IMG/VR virus record: IMGVR_UViG_3300030380_005342
Coordinates: 10,026 to 74,025 of that record
Reading direction: 5' to 3' (one strand)
DNA: 64,000 nt
Source of the DNA: a virus
The translations under genes and the position numbers were made by a program. The notes below the pieces were generated by a model, which did no database searches, was not told the DNA's origin, and worked only from the letters and a program-made list of their open reading frames with translations. Each line of letters starts with the position of its first letter. The first letter of the stretch is position 1. This document shows positions 50,147 through 62,756 of the stretch, piece by piece.

Positions 50147-50838
50147 TCGGTGGCGAAAACGTTGATGAAACAAGAGTGAATCTACTAGAAACCAGAACTC
50201 GATGGATAAACGTATCAAAAGATACTGAAAAGGCATCACAAATGGTTGAACTCCTTGGTGATAAAAATTTTACAAACCATGAGAGATTTAATGCACTAAC
50301 AGAAGATGCAGAGTTTGGGTGGACAAAGGAAAAAAGCCCAGAGTGGTTTGTGACTCACATGTGTGGACTTTCACATCGTAAACTTTTGATGGAAACCATT
50401 ATCAAGGATGACAAACCCGTTCTTATTTTAGAGGATGATGTTGAGATTGAACATCCAACATGGATGGATGAAATCCCAGTTCCCCGAGATGCAGACGCAG
50501 TATATCTTGGCACTTCTCACAGCGACATGAGATACAGGGCAGAGGATCACGGCAATGGTTGGAATAAAATTACGGGAGTGTTTGGAACACACGCCATCTT
50601 ACACTTGAATAAAAAGTATGCCTCAGAGATGTGTATCATGATTGAAAGATGCGTTAAAAATAATCATCCATTTGATGTTTCATTGGCAAAGGATCTACAA
50701 GGGAGATTTAATGTATACGCACCATACTCTCCATTCTTTTATCAAGCAGACTCAAAAAATACCACAAATAAGTATGAGGCTATTACAAGACCGCCACTTA
50801 CTCAACAAAAAAAGTTTACGCTTGGAACATTTAAATAA
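50143..50838 (+). CDS. Glycosyltransferase, GT25-like
   Basis: WIN, ERF.A, C.LSH, LILEDD, YLG, THA...D motifs. Confidence 0.75.
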   Translation: MIGGENVDETRVNLLETRTRWINVSKDTEKASQMVELLGDKNFTNHERFNALTEDAEFGWTKEKSPEWFVTHMCGLSHRKLLMETIIKDDKPVLILEDDVEIEHPTWMDEIPVPRDADAVYLGTSHSDMRYRAEDHGNGWNKITGVFGTHAILHLNKKYASEMCIMIERCVKNNHPFDVSLAKDLQGRFNVYAPYSPFFYQADSKNTTNKYEAITRPPLTQQKKFTLGTFK

Positions 50839-50840
50839 TC

Positions 50841-51602
50841 ATGCCAGTATCTTTTAATAATCCAACTTGGAGACTTGGCAACCAAATGTTCCAGTATGCT
50901 GCGACACTTGGTGTTGTTGAAAAAATCAATACACATGGTAATTTTGCGATTGATAACACATATCTCTCCGAGTGTTTTGAACTAGGCTCCTTGAAAAATG
51001 CGAGAGTGTTTGCAAACAATCTTTATCAAGAACCTCGTTTTGATTTCTGTGATGATATTTTTAGAATTGATCCCAACTTACATACAGATCTACAAGGTTA
51101 CTTTCAGACTGAAAAATACTTTGACCACTGTAGCGGAAGAGTAAAGGCTGATTTTACTTTTAAAGAAAATATTAGACATAAAGTTTCTGAGGATTTACCA
51201 GTCGGTGTTCTTTGTTCTCTCCATGTGAGAAGGACAGACTATCTACAACTCGCACATGTCCACACAAATTTGCAAGTGGATTGGTATGAGAAAGCCTTCG
51301 AAAATCAAAAGGAATACTTTGGTGATGAACTTATCCCCGTGATATTTTCTGATGACATTGAGTGGTGTAAAGAAAATTTATCACATCTTTCTGACGATAC
51401 TTTCTTTTCAAATGGTGACACATACTATGATCTTTGCATGATGTCTTTTTGCAACGCTCACATAATTGCAAATAGTAGTTTTAGTTGGTGGGGTGCTTAC
51501 CTTGGTGGGGGCAGAACAGTTGCACCAAAAGAATGGTTTGGAGAAAGTAATCCTCACGGGGATTGGAAAGATATTTACTGCGATGGATGGGTGATCATTT
51601 GA
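50841..51602 (+). CDS. GT11 alpha-1,2-fucosyl/colitosyl-transferase
   Basis: RLGNQMFQYA, GYFQ.EKYF, HVRR.DY, FSDD..WC, IIANSSFSWWGAYL, AP..WF. Confidence 0.92.
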   Translation: MPVSFNNPTWRLGNQMFQYAATLGVVEKINTHGNFAIDNTYLSECFELGSLKNARVFANNLYQEPRFDFCDDIFRIDPNLHTDLQGYFQTEKYFDHCSGRVKADFTFKENIRHKVSEDLPVGVLCSLHVRRTDYLQLAHVHTNLQVDWYEKAFENQKEYFGDELIPVIFSDDIEWCKENLSHLSDDTFFSNGDTYYDLCMMSFCNAHIIANSSFSWWGAYLGGGRTVAPKEWFGESNPHGDWKDIYCDGWVII

Positions 51603-52417
51603 AAATCGTACAAGCATTTGGATCACCATTTACTCACGATAAAAGTTCGTGCATGGGAAGTGTTCCTACTAATCACATTTGGCACTACGGAGCATGCGAG
51701 GACTCAGACATCGAAGTTTACTTGGATTATGATGTAGTGGGAGGATTTAAATCTCCATGTGAAAATAAGTTTCTTTGGCTGAGTGAATCTAAATCTATTG
51801 TTCCTCATCAATATGCTTTTGTAAGAATGTGGTATGAAAAGTTTTGCGACTGTTATAAAGCAATATTTACGGCAGATCGAGAGTTAGTTAATCTTCATGA
51901 TAAGTTTATAGAAGCACCCGGAGGATCAAACTATACATGGGTGACTCCAGATAAACGGGGTGTTCATAAAAAGTCCAAACTTGTTTCTATGATTAGTTCT
52001 GGAAAAGTTATGTGTGAAGATCATATTAATCGAAATGCAATCGCAGACAAAATGATTGAGCAAGGTGTTGACATGTTTGGCAGACTATACACACCTGTTG
52101 AAACCAAAGATATGGCACTAAATGATTATATGTTTTCTGTGACCATAGAAAATGTAATCTTATCAAATTATCAAACAGAAAAAGTCATCGATTGTTTCGC
52201 AACGGGAACTGTTCCAATTTACTTGGGGAATCCATCCATCGGTGAAACCTTTAATCCAGATGGAATTATTTTTTACGATGACAACTTTGATCTAAATATG
52301 TTGTCGGAAGATTTGTATCAAAAAATGCTTCCGGCTGTGAAAGAAAATTATGAGATATTCTGTAACATGAAAATCTCTGATGATGTGATTTTTGACAAGA
52401 TCACAAAACTACTCTAA
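51599..52417 (+). CDS. GT10-like (alpha-1,3/4-fucosyltransferase-type) glycosyltransferase
   Basis: K.K.VS.I.S, Y.FS..IEN....NY.TEK..DCF..GTVPIY.G; probable TTG start overlapping upstream stop (track ATG at 51563). Confidence 0.78.
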   Translation: MKIVQAFGSPFTHDKSSCMGSVPTNHIWHYGACEDSDIEVYLDYDVVGGFKSPCENKFLWLSESKSIVPHQYAFVRMWYEKFCDCYKAIFTADRELVNLHDKFIEAPGGSNYTWVTPDKRGVHKKSKLVSMISSGKVMCEDHINRNAIADKMIEQGVDMFGRLYTPVETKDMALNDYMFSVTIENVILSNYQTEKVIDCFATGTVPIYLGNPSIGETFNPDGIIFYDDNFDLNMLSEDLYQKMLPAVKENYEIFCNMKISDDVIFDKITKLL

Positions 52418-52420
52418 ATA
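52413..52420 (+). promoter_or_regulatory. Late promoter TCTAAATA (GT2-TPR/collagen operon)
   Basis: Overlaps upstream stop; followed by AGGAG RBS. Confidence 0.6.
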
Positions 52421-52437
52421 GAAGACAGGAGATTATT

Positions 52438-54541
<2,104 letters not shown>

Positions 54542-54542
<1 letters not shown>

Positions 54543-55705
54543 TGGCACTCACTAATGTTTTCTATTCACCATCGGGAGCAGGTTCACAAGACGGATCATC
54601 TGCTGCGAACGCAAAGGCAGCACTCACGGGAACTTCGTGGACAACTGACATCGAAGGGGAAGCACGACAAAACACTCGCTGGATTTTTCTTGCTGGAACT
54701 TATACTTGTACTGAAGAGTTAATCCCAACATCTACCAACCCGGACGCAGACAATCCACACTTTTGGGTGGGTGCAGATGCAGACGGTAATCTTCTTGATC
54801 CAAAGTGGTCTGATGATTCACAGGCACACCTAGACACCACTGACTATCCAAAGATTATCCGAACAAACAATGGTGGACTTTATCAAAGTGCAGGAACATC
54901 CACAATTTATAGATGTTTGCATTTTGAAAACACAAGTTCCAGTTTCAATCAGGGTGGTGTCCTCAACTCCACCTTTGGTGAATCAATTCGACAACTATAT
55001 GTTGGTGTTTTTATGCGTGCGCCTGAAAATTCACTTGCGAGCAATAACAACTCAAGGGTTCACAACAACTTTGGTGCAAAAAGTATTATGTGTGAGTTTG
55101 TTCATCTCGGCACAAGATTAGATTGTATTGTTCAAAATGGTGGCACTAACCAAGGCTCTTTGTATAACTGTCGAATATATGGTGCAAGCACGGGTGGAAG
55201 AGGAAACGGAAACGGTGTCAAATGCGATACGAACACACCACAGATTATCAATTGTGTGATTGACAATGTTAAAGGTGACGGAATCTCTGACCAAGGAACA
55301 TCAGAAAACAAAAATGGAAACTTTACTAACAATACGATAACACGATGCGGGGCGAATGGTATTGACTCCGCTGGTGCTGCACAAACTCAAGGTGGTGTTC
55401 AAATTGAAAATAATATTATTTTTGATGTTGGTGGACACGCAGTGGTCGCAAATGCAAATGATGACGATAGACTTCTTGGCTCACAGATTGCGATTGGCGA
55501 TGCAACGTCTGGGAACTTTAGTAATCTTGATGAATATGAAAATCTTTTTACAGTCACCGCAGTGGCAACGACAGATTTTGTAGATTATGCAAACCAAGAC
55601 TATCGGATTCGCAGAGACTCTGCACTTTACAAGAAGACCGAAGCAGGTAACTTGAATCTTGGTGCAATTCAAAACGAAGATTTTGAGTTTGTTTCAGTTT
55701 CCTAA
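54542..55705 (+). CDS. Right-handed parallel beta-helix (pectin-lyase-like) protein
   Basis: YSP.GAG..DGSS.ANA start; NC.I, NNTI..CG.NGI, ENNII repeats; C-terminal FVD..N.DYR....S...NLGA.Q. Confidence 0.72.
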
Positions 55706-55708
55706 ATA
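55701..55708 (+). promoter_or_regulatory. Late promoter CCTAAATA
   Basis: Overlaps upstream stop; followed by AGGAG RBS. Confidence 0.6.
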
Positions 55709-55723
55709 GGATAGGAGAATAAC

Positions 55724-56188
55724 ATGGCTGCTGAATACGACATTACACACGATAAAGGTACAACCTTCAAACTTTTTGCTTTGTATAAAGATTCTGCCGG
55801 AAGTGTCATTGACTTGGCTAATTTTACTGCAAGAATGCAAGTAAGAAAAAGTCCAGATGACTCAGATGTTTTACTCTTTATGACAGGAACGACCATGAGC
55901 GGCACTGCGGGTATTGTTCATAGTGGTAGTGTTACTGGTGGCGGCTCTACAGGGGAGTTTACCGTTGGTGCTTCAACAGCACAGACAGGTACGGGCGATA
56001 TCAGATTGAACGCTGGAAGCACTGGGTTTACTGGTGAAACTGGAGGAGTGTATTTAGAATTTGATGCAGTCACATCGGCAAACTTACCCACGGGCAGACA
56101 CTTCTATGATCTTGAGTTGATCGAAGGCACGGAAGTAACGAGATTGGTTCAAGGTAGATTTAAGACTAACGAAGAAATCACAAGATGA
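55724..56188 (+). CDS. Small virion structural protein (BppU-N-like beta-sandwich)
   Basis: YDI...G.TF......D..G..IDL..FTARMQVR, YDLEL.....V.RL..G.F.....ITR pattern of phage fibre adaptors. Confidence 0.65.
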   Translation: MAAEYDITHDKGTTFKLFALYKDSAGSVIDLANFTARMQVRKSPDDSDVLLFMTGTTMSGTAGIVHSGSVTGGGSTGEFTVGASTAQTGTGDIRLNAGSTGFTGETGGVYLEFDAVTSANLPTGRHFYDLELIEGTEVTRLVQGRFKTNEEITR

Positions 56189-56409
56189 ATAAGTTAGAAA
56201 TTGAGGAAATCCGTGAGTCTAAAATATCTGGACTCAACGCTAAAAATAAATTAGAGATTGAGGATACAAGAGAGAGTAAAGTCAGTGGTGAACAAACAAA
56301 TCTTACCATAAAAAAACAGTCTGATTTTACGATTTCCCTTTACAATACTGAGCCACAGAGTATAGTAATACAAAGACGTTCGGACACGACTATAACCGTT
56401 TTTGTATAA
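56185..56409 (+). CDS. Small hypothetical protein with internal duplication
   Basis: ATGA overlap; NKLEIEEIRESKISG / NKLEIEDTRESKVSG. Confidence 0.55.
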   Translation: MNKLEIEEIRESKISGLNAKNKLEIEDTRESKVSGEQTNLTIKKQSDFTISLYNTEPQSIVIQRRSDTTITVFV

Positions 56410-56424
56410 GGATATTTTTTTATT

Positions 56425-56889
56425 ATGATTATGAAAAATGATGTGACAAAAGTTCTTGGCTTCTACGCCTTACATCCACAGGCAAAACTTCCAATGAAAC
56501 AAACACAGGGTGCAGCATGTTTTGATATACATGCATGTTGTGATGACTTGATCACTCTCAACCCCGGTGAAAGAGCATTGATTCCAACAGGTTTGATTTT
56601 TGATATTCCCGAAGACCATTCGGTAAGGATTCACACACGATCTTCGTGGGCGGCTATCAAAGGCATTGGTCTGTCCGTATCACAGGGGATTATTGATTCC
56701 GATTATGTTGAAGAGGTCTTTGTGCCAATGGTAAACAATACGGACAAACTGTTTCACATTCGCAGCGGTGAACGCATTGCACAGATTGAACTTGTGAAAA
56801 CTATTCCAACAATCAACACATGGGTTGATGATCGTCCCACGAAGCGTGGCAATCGTGACGGTGGATTCGGGAGTACGGATGATGATTGA
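56425..56889 (+). CDS. dut: Trimeric dUTPase
   Basis: AACFD, IPTGL, RSS, GIIDSDY, GERIAQ, R.GGFGST. Confidence 0.93.
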   Translation: MIMKNDVTKVLGFYALHPQAKLPMKQTQGAACFDIHACCDDLITLNPGERALIPTGLIFDIPEDHSVRIHTRSSWAAIKGIGLSVSQGIIDSDYVEEVFVPMVNNTDKLFHIRSGERIAQIELVKTIPTINTWVDDRPTKRGNRDGGFGSTDDD

Positions 56890-57796
56890 TTACGACAAGG
56901 TTTTTATCACCGGAGGAAACGGTCTTGTCGGATCTTGCGTTACTGGAAAGCATCGTCCTTCTTCAAAGGAAGTGAATCTTCTTAATTATGAGGAAACACT
57001 CTCTTACATGCAAGAGAACAAAATTGAATATGTTGTTCACTGTGCTGCTCGCGTTGGCGGTGTAAAAGAAAACATGGAAAAGTTAGGTGAGTTCTTTTAC
57101 GAGAACATGCTGATGACCTTGAATATCATTGAGGCATCACGGGTGTGTGGTGTGAAGAAAATGGTTTGTCTACAATCAACCTGTATCTTCCCAGACAATG
57201 CTACTTACCCACTGACAACCGATCAAATTTACAAAGGTGAGCCACACCCATCAAACTATGGATACGGTTATGCCAAGCGAATGACTGAGATCAATGCGAG
57301 AGCATACCGTGATCAGTACGGCATGAATATTGTGAATGTAATCCCATGCAATGTTTACGGGATCGGGGACAACTTTAATCTTGAGAGTTCGCATGTGATT
57401 CCCGGCTTGATCCACAAGTGTCATTTGGCAAAACAGAATAACACTAAATTTGATGTTTGGGGTGATGGTCTTGCACAACGAGAGTTTTTGTATAATAAAG
57501 ACTTGGGTAAGATTATTGACTGGATGCTTTTAGAATATGACAGTCCTGAATCTCTGATTGTCTCACCAGATATGGAACACGCAATAGTAGAAGCAGTCGT
57601 ATTAATTACGAAAGCATTTGACTTTTCCGGCTCCGTCAATTATGATTCATCGAAACCAAAAGGTCAGCACAGAAAACCGTCAGATAACTCTAAGTTCAAA
57701 GAACTTCGCCCCGACTTTGAGTTTACATCATTAAATACTGGTATCAACGAAACAGTCGATTGGTTCACGAAAAACTATGGAGATGTTAGAAAATGA
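56882..57796 (+). CDS. GDP-L-fucose synthase (Fcl)/GDP-colitose synthase (ColC)-like epimerase-reductase
   Basis: TGG.GLVG, H.AA.VGG, STCI.P, P.P.N.GY.YAKR, P.N.YG..DNF.L..SHVIP.LI.K, WG.G...REFL. Confidence 0.9.
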   Translation: MIDYDKVFITGGNGLVGSCVTGKHRPSSKEVNLLNYEETLSYMQENKIEYVVHCAARVGGVKENMEKLGEFFYENMLMTLNIIEASRVCGVKKMVCLQSTCIFPDNATYPLTTDQIYKGEPHPSNYGYGYAKRMTEINARAYRDQYGMNIVNVIPCNVYGIGDNFNLESSHVIPGLIHKCHLAKQNNTKFDVWGDGLAQREFLYNKDLGKIIDWMLLEYDSPESLIVSPDMEHAIVEAVVLITKAFDFSGSVNYDSSKPKGQHRKPSDNSKFKELRPDFEFTSLNTGINETVDWFTKNYGDVRK

Positions 57797-58971
57797 AGTC
57801 TTGGAAACTAATGAACAATGCCATTACACCAAAACAAAAACTGCGAATGTCAAAGTTTTTACTGACATCAGATCGTTTGTCTCAGGGAAAAGAAGTTAAA
57901 AAGTTTGAAGAGCAGTGGAGTGAGTGGCAGGGCTGTAAGTATTCCGTATTTTGTAATTCTGGTTCGTCCGCGAACTTTCTGATCGTGCAGGCGATGAAAG
58001 AATTGCATAGTAATACAAATCATCTTTGGATTGCACCTGCGACAACTTGGGCAACCACGGTATCTCCCATCATGATGGCAGGACAGGAACTTCAATTATG
58101 TGATGTGACTATTCCCAATATGAATTTGTGTCTGGATACTCTTAAAGAAATTTTGCATCAACATAAGAAATCATTTGGGGCTAGACCAAAGTATCTTTTC
58201 CTTGCTCATCTCCTTGGCTTCAACTCTATGAGTGACGAACTTCTTAACATCTGTGAGGAGAATGATATCACACTTCTAGAAGATTGTTGTGAGTCTCATG
58301 GTGCAACTTTTAAATCTGAAAAGATTGGTAACTTTGGTAAGGCTTCATCTTTTTCTTTCTACTACGGACATCACATGACCACGATTGAAGGTGGTATGGT
58401 ATGCACAGACGATGATGAGGTGTACGAAAAACTCCTTTTAATCCGTTCACACGGGTTACTCAGAGAATTGCCAAAATATATGCAAAAGAAATACAGGGAT
58501 CGAAAGGTTGACGAAAACTTTACCTTTGTGGTTCCGGGGTACAACGTGAGATCAACAGATTTAAATGCTGTGCTTGGTCAAATGCAACTTAAAGATTTAG
58601 ATAATCACAACAATATCCGTAGAAATAACTTTGATGTGTTTGCGAGTGGTCTGAATAGAGATAAGTTTCACACAGACTTCAAACTTGAAGGCAACAGTAG
58701 TTTCTGTTTTCCTGTTATCACAAAGTCAACCCGAGAAGATACACTCGCACTAAGAAAGTATCTTGAGTCGCAAGGAGTCGAGACACGACCGATCATCGCA
58801 GGTAATCTTTATGAGCATCCGTTCATGGATCGTGTCAACCAATATCGACATGACAAAAATGCAAAGGTGGTTCATCAAAATGGATTCTATGTCGGAAATA
58901 ATCACGCAGTAAATGTGGGTGATGTGACTTGGTTGGTTGAAAGACTAAACGCATGGGAACGAGGTGAATAG
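57793..58971 (+). CDS. PLP-dependent DegT/DnrJ family enzyme, ColD-like GDP-4-keto-6-deoxymannose 3-dehydratase
   Basis: NSGSSAN, TW.TT..P, LED.CESHGA, SFSFYYGHHMTTIEGG (His at the usual Schiff-base Lys position), RSHG..R, F.F..PGYNVR, ETRPI.AGN. Confidence 0.82.
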   Translation: MKSWKLMNNAITPKQKLRMSKFLLTSDRLSQGKEVKKFEEQWSEWQGCKYSVFCNSGSSANFLIVQAMKELHSNTNHLWIAPATTWATTVSPIMMAGQELQLCDVTIPNMNLCLDTLKEILHQHKKSFGARPKYLFLAHLLGFNSMSDELLNICEENDITLLEDCCESHGATFKSEKIGNFGKASSFSFYYGHHMTTIEGGMVCTDDDEVYEKLLLIRSHGLLRELPKYMQKKYRDRKVDENFTFVVPGYNVRSTDLNAVLGQMQLKDLDNHNNIRRNNFDVFASGLNRDKFHTDFKLEGNSSFCFPVITKSTREDTLALRKYLESQGVETRPIIAGNLYEHPFMDRVNQYRHDKNAKVVHQNGFYVGNNHAVNVGDVTWLVERLNAWERGE

Positions 58972-59276
58972 TGAAATTAAATCTTTACTATGTTTGTGAC
59001 AAAGAAGGTTATCTAAAAGAAAAAATTACTGCTCATACATTACTTAATGAAATTCAACCGGATGGAAGCCACGGATGGACCCTAAAGTATCTTGATGGGA
59101 AACTTAATCACAGGTTGGAGTTAGATAAAGAAATGTTCTGTCATGAGGATTGCTGGGTAGATCCCGATGACAAATTTTCAGACAAGATCCGCGAAGGACG
59201 AGAAGAAGAGTTTGAATTCTTTTTAAAACACGGTTATCATATGCCAATGAATACTGAAAGGGACGCACGAAAATGA
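58971..59276 (+). CDS. Hypothetical protein
   Basis: GTG start overlapping upstream stop; GAGGTG RBS. Confidence 0.5.
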   Translation: MKLNLYYVCDKEGYLKEKITAHTLLNEIQPDGSHGWTLKYLDGKLNHRLELDKEMFCHEDCWVDPDDKFSDKIREGREEEFEFFLKHGYHMPMNTERDARK

Positions 59277-59593
59277 CCAGAGATGAATTACTAAAAAATC
59301 ACGAAACTATTTGTCAAGAAGCCCGTAATCTTATGGAATTAAAAAATAAAGATTACGCAGGCAACGGAGGTCTTGAGCCTTTTGCAAACTTTACTCGTTG
59401 TGAGGCAATGGGTGTCTGCACCACGGAGCAAGGATTCCTTGTTCGGATTGTTGATAAATTATCACGAATGAGTTCTTTTATTGAATCTGGAACCATGCAT
59501 GTTGAAAATGAATCTTTTCACGACTCCTGCGTTGATATTATTAATTATATGGTGCTTCTTTCATCTTATGTCGGGGACAAAGAATCTGATTGA
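59273..59593 (+). CDS. DUF1599/Nmad1-like (nucleotide-modification-associated, all-alpha) protein
   Basis: KN.DYA....PFANF, G.LVR..DK.SR, ES..D...D..NY..L. Confidence 0.72.
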   Translation: MTRDELLKNHETICQEARNLMELKNKDYAGNGGLEPFANFTRCEAMGVCTTEQGFLVRIVDKLSRMSSFIESGTMHVENESFHDSCVDIINYMVLLSSYVGDKESD

Positions 59594-59617
59594 CACAGAC
59601 TCAGATGGAGGTAGAAT
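59590..59617 (+). promoter_or_regulatory. Sigma70-type promoter (gp43), likely leaderless
   Basis: TTGACA (59590-59595) N16 TAGAAT (59612-59617) N6 ATG. Confidence 0.72.
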
Positions 59618-59623
59618 ACTCAT

Positions 59624-62122
59624 ATGAGTCGGTTCTACACAAGTGTGACAACTCGCGGAGACAACATTCTCTACAGGGGATATGAGAATGGGAAAAGGGT
59701 CGAGGGCAAGATTGACTATCGCCCCACCCTTTTTGTCTCCACCAATAAATCATCAAAGTATCACACGATGGATGGTCGATCTGTTGAGTCATTCCAACCG
59801 GGGTCGATGTCAGATTGTCGAGACTTTATTCTTCGGCACGAAAGCGTGACTGGTTTTGAGATTTACGGAAACACCGATTACATCTATCAATTTATTGGTG
59901 ATAAGTTTCCCAATGAAGTCGAGTATGACAAAAAGCAAATCAAGGTCGCCTATCTTGATATCGAAACTACGGCAGAAAATGGTTTCCCGCAAGTTAGAAA
60001 TCCCACAGAAAGAGTAAACGTCATCACCTTAATCGTTGATGATCGTGAGTATGTTTTTGCACTCGGTGACTGCACGATGCCGGATAGCATTAATACTTAC
60101 ACCTTCACAAATGAAAAGGATTTGCTTGAGAGATTCATTGACATTTGGGAGGGTGAAGATCCTGACATTGTGACTGGCTGGAACGTCAAGTTTTTTGATA
60201 TGCCATATCTGTACGCTCGAATGGATCGCATCATAGAAAAGCGAGCAAGGAAACTTTCACCATGGGGCATTGTACGCCAGAGAGATGTGCAAACTCAAAG
60301 TGGTGATCGCATTGCATTTGAATTCATGGGTGTGACAATCTTAGATTACTATGATCTATATCAAAAGTTCACTTATGTGAATCAAGAGTCATACAAGTTG
60401 GATCACATTGCATCGGTTGAACTTGGAGAGAAAAAGTTAGAGTATGAGTATGACCACTTCAAAGATTTCTATACAAAAGACTTCCAAAAGTTTGTGGAAT
60501 ACAATTATCAAGATGTCAAACTTGTGCAGAAGATGGAGCAGAAACTCGGGCTGATGGAACTTGCTCTCGCACTTGCGTACACGGCAAAAGTAAATCTTGG
60601 TGATGTGTTTTCTCAGGTTCGAACTTGGGATCAGATCATCTATCATCATCTGCGTGCAAAGAACATAGTGATCCCACGAAAAAAAGGTGGGGGTAAAAAA
60701 GATGGTCAAATCATCGGTGCGTATGTAAAAGAACCGATCACTGGTCGGCACGATTGGGTTGTGTCTTTTGACCTCAATAGTCTGTATCCGCACCTTATCA
60801 TGCAATACAATATTTCACCGGACACTAAAATGCGTCCAGATGGATTCCCCAAGAATCCTTGTATAAGTGTTGACGGTGTTCTTAATGGCACAGATTTATG
60901 TGAGAAAAATCTTGTAAAACTAAAAGAGCAAAACTTTTCTGTCGCTGCTAACGGTGTGTGTTTTAGAAAAGATAAACTAGGGTTCATGCCGGAACTCATG
61001 AAAAAGTTTTACGCAGAACGCAAGCACTACAAGAAGTTGATGATCGAAGCCCAGAAGAAAAAGCAACAGAATCCAGATGATGAGAGTTTAGATTTTGAGA
61101 TTGCCAAGTATCATAACTTCCAACTGGTGCGAAAGATTCAACTGAACTCAGCCTATGGTGCGATGGGCAATCAATACTTTCGATATTTTGACATCGACAT
61201 TGCAGAAGCGATTACCACATCGGGTCAACTATCGATTCAGTATATCGCAAACGAACTAAACGCATTTTTAAATAAAACACTAAACACTGGAGATTATGAC
61301 TATGTTGTTGCTTCTGATACTGACTCTGTTTATCTTCGCCTCGGGAACCTTGTTCGGTCATTGGCTGGCGAGAAGACCAAGGGCGAGATCGTACGATTTC
61401 TTGACAAGTCCTGCAAGGGTGTCATCGAACCATTCATCAACAAGTGCTACGAAACACTTGCCCAAAAAATGAATGCATACTCTAACAAGATGGTGATGGA
61501 GCGAGAAGTCATTGCCGATGTTGGAGTCTGGACAGCCAAGAAGCGATACATGCTCAACGTGCATAACTCGGAGGGTGTGCAATACGATGAACCTAAGATG
61601 AAGATCATGGGCATCGAAACTACACGATCATCGACACCACAAGTCGTTCGGCAAAAGTTGAAGGACGCGATTAAGTTGGTGCTGACCGGAACCGAGGAGC
61701 AGGTCATCGACTTTGTTGCAAACTTCAAAGAGGAGTTTAAAGGATACTCGCCTGACGAGATCGCATTCCCCCGTGGTTGTAATAATATTAATAACTACAT
61801 CGATGAATCCGTCATCTATCGCAAGTCCACACCGATTGCTGTGAAAGGTGCATTAATTTATAACCACTATCTCAAAAAGTTAAAACTTGATGGCAAGTAT
61901 CACAGGGTAAACGAGGGAGATAAAGTAAAATTTTTGTATCTTGCTGTTCCAAATCCGTACAAAGATAAAGTTATTTCTTTCCCCGGAACCGCACCGAAGG
62001 AGTTTGAGTTGGACGAGTTTGCTGACTACGACAAACAATTCTCGGTTTCTTTCCTAGAGCCATTGAAAAATATTCTAGAGAAGGTAGGATGGAACTATGA
62101 ACACAGGGCGACTTTGTTTTGA
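59624..62122 (+). CDS. gp43: Family B DNA polymerase gp43
   Basis: ExoI DIE, TGWN...FD, SFDLNSLYPH.I.QYNISP, KI.LNSAYGA.GN, DTDS, KKRY; unsplit, no intein. Confidence 0.98.
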   Translation: MSRFYTSVTTRGDNILYRGYENGKRVEGKIDYRPTLFVSTNKSSKYHTMDGRSVESFQPGSMSDCRDFILRHESVTGFEIYGNTDYIYQFIGDKFPNEVEYDKKQIKVAYLDIETTAENGFPQVRNPTERVNVITLIVDDREYVFALGDCTMPDSINTYTFTNEKDLLERFIDIWEGEDPDIVTGWNVKFFDMPYLYARMDRIIEKRARKLSPWGIVRQRDVQTQSGDRIAFEFMGVTILDYYDLYQKFTYVNQESYKLDHIASVELGEKKLEYEYDHFKDFYTKDFQKFVEYNYQDVKLVQKMEQKLGLMELALALAYTAKVNLGDVFSQVRTWDQIIYHHLRAKNIVIPRKKGGGKKDGQIIGAYVKEPITGRHDWVVSFDLNSLYPHLIMQYNISPDTKMRPDGFPKNPCISVDGVLNGTDLCEKNLVKLKEQNFSVAANGVCFRKDKLGFMPELMKKFYAERKHYKKLMIEAQKKKQQNPDDESLDFEIAKYHNFQLVRKIQLNSAYGAMGNQYFRYFDIDIAEAITTSGQLSIQYIANELNAFLNKTLNTGDYDYVVASDTDSVYLRLGNLVRSLAGEKTKGEIVRFLDKSCKGVIEPFINKCYETLAQKMNAYSNKMVMEREVIADVGVWTAKKRYMLNVHNSEGVQYDEPKMKIMGIETTRSSTPQVVRQKLKDAIKLVLTGTEEQVIDFVANFKEEFKGYSPDEIAFPRGCNNINNYIDESVIYRKSTPIAVKGALIYNHYLKKLKLDGKYHRVNEGDKVKFLYLAVPNPYKDKVISFPGTAPKEFELDEFADYDKQFSVSFLEPLKNILEKVGWNYEHRATLF

Positions 62123-62619
62123 TTGAGTTTGACTACACACTAGATTTTGATAACATAGATTATCGCAAGACCCCGAAGTTGTATATCATCGGTCGAGGAG
62201 AACAAGGAGTATTGCTCTGTGAACCATACAAATCAGAAATCTGCAAACACTGGAGATTCCGAACACCGGAAATTGCATATCAATCAGCGAATACTATTAC
62301 TGCTATGTTCAATGGGTATTTGGATGTGGATAATTTTGTTGGGGCTGATATGTGTCGCAAGTTTCTTATGATGGGATGGACGAGAGCAAGGCGATACGCT
62401 AATCATCGTAGCGGAAAAAAGTATGATGACAACGGAAGAATTAAACCACAAGAGCCAGACCACTGGACTTGTGAGAAGGCGGAGTCGGCACGCATCTTCA
62501 AGCGTGCGTATGATGCCGCAAGAACAAATAAGAAATATCGAACGATGGTTCGTGAGTGGCGGGGAAAGGAGGAAGACAGATGGAACCCAAAGAAAGAGAC
62601 ATTATTCTCGAAGCCCTAA
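62119..62619 (+). CDS. DUF4385-like conserved hypothetical protein
   Basis: Y.IGRGEQGVL..EPYKSEI..HWRF.TP..A, DFVG.DM.RKFL.MG.TRARRYANH..G.KY; TTG start. Confidence 0.8.
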   Translation: MIEFDYTLDFDNIDYRKTPKLYIIGRGEQGVLLCEPYKSEICKHWRFRTPEIAYQSANTITAMFNGYLDVDNFVGADMCRKFLMMGWTRARRYANHRSGKKYDDNGRIKPQEPDHWTCEKAESARIFKRAYDAARTNKKYRTMVREWRGKEEDRWNPKKETLFSKP

Positions 62620-62756
62620 AATGTCTTCGTTATGACACTGAGCGTGTTGAAAAATTAGTTCGCAAAACTAAATCATCAAGCACACATGATCACGAAGAGG
62701 TCATAGATAAACTTCAATTTATAGATGATCTTCTTAAAAAGTGGAGACTTATGTGA
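62580..62756 (+). CDS. Small hypothetical helical protein
   Basis: MEPKERDIILEALK...; AGGAGG upstream. Confidence 0.45.
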   Translation: MEPKERDIILEALKCLRYDTERVEKLVRKTKSSSTHDHEEVIDKLQFIDDLLKKWRLM

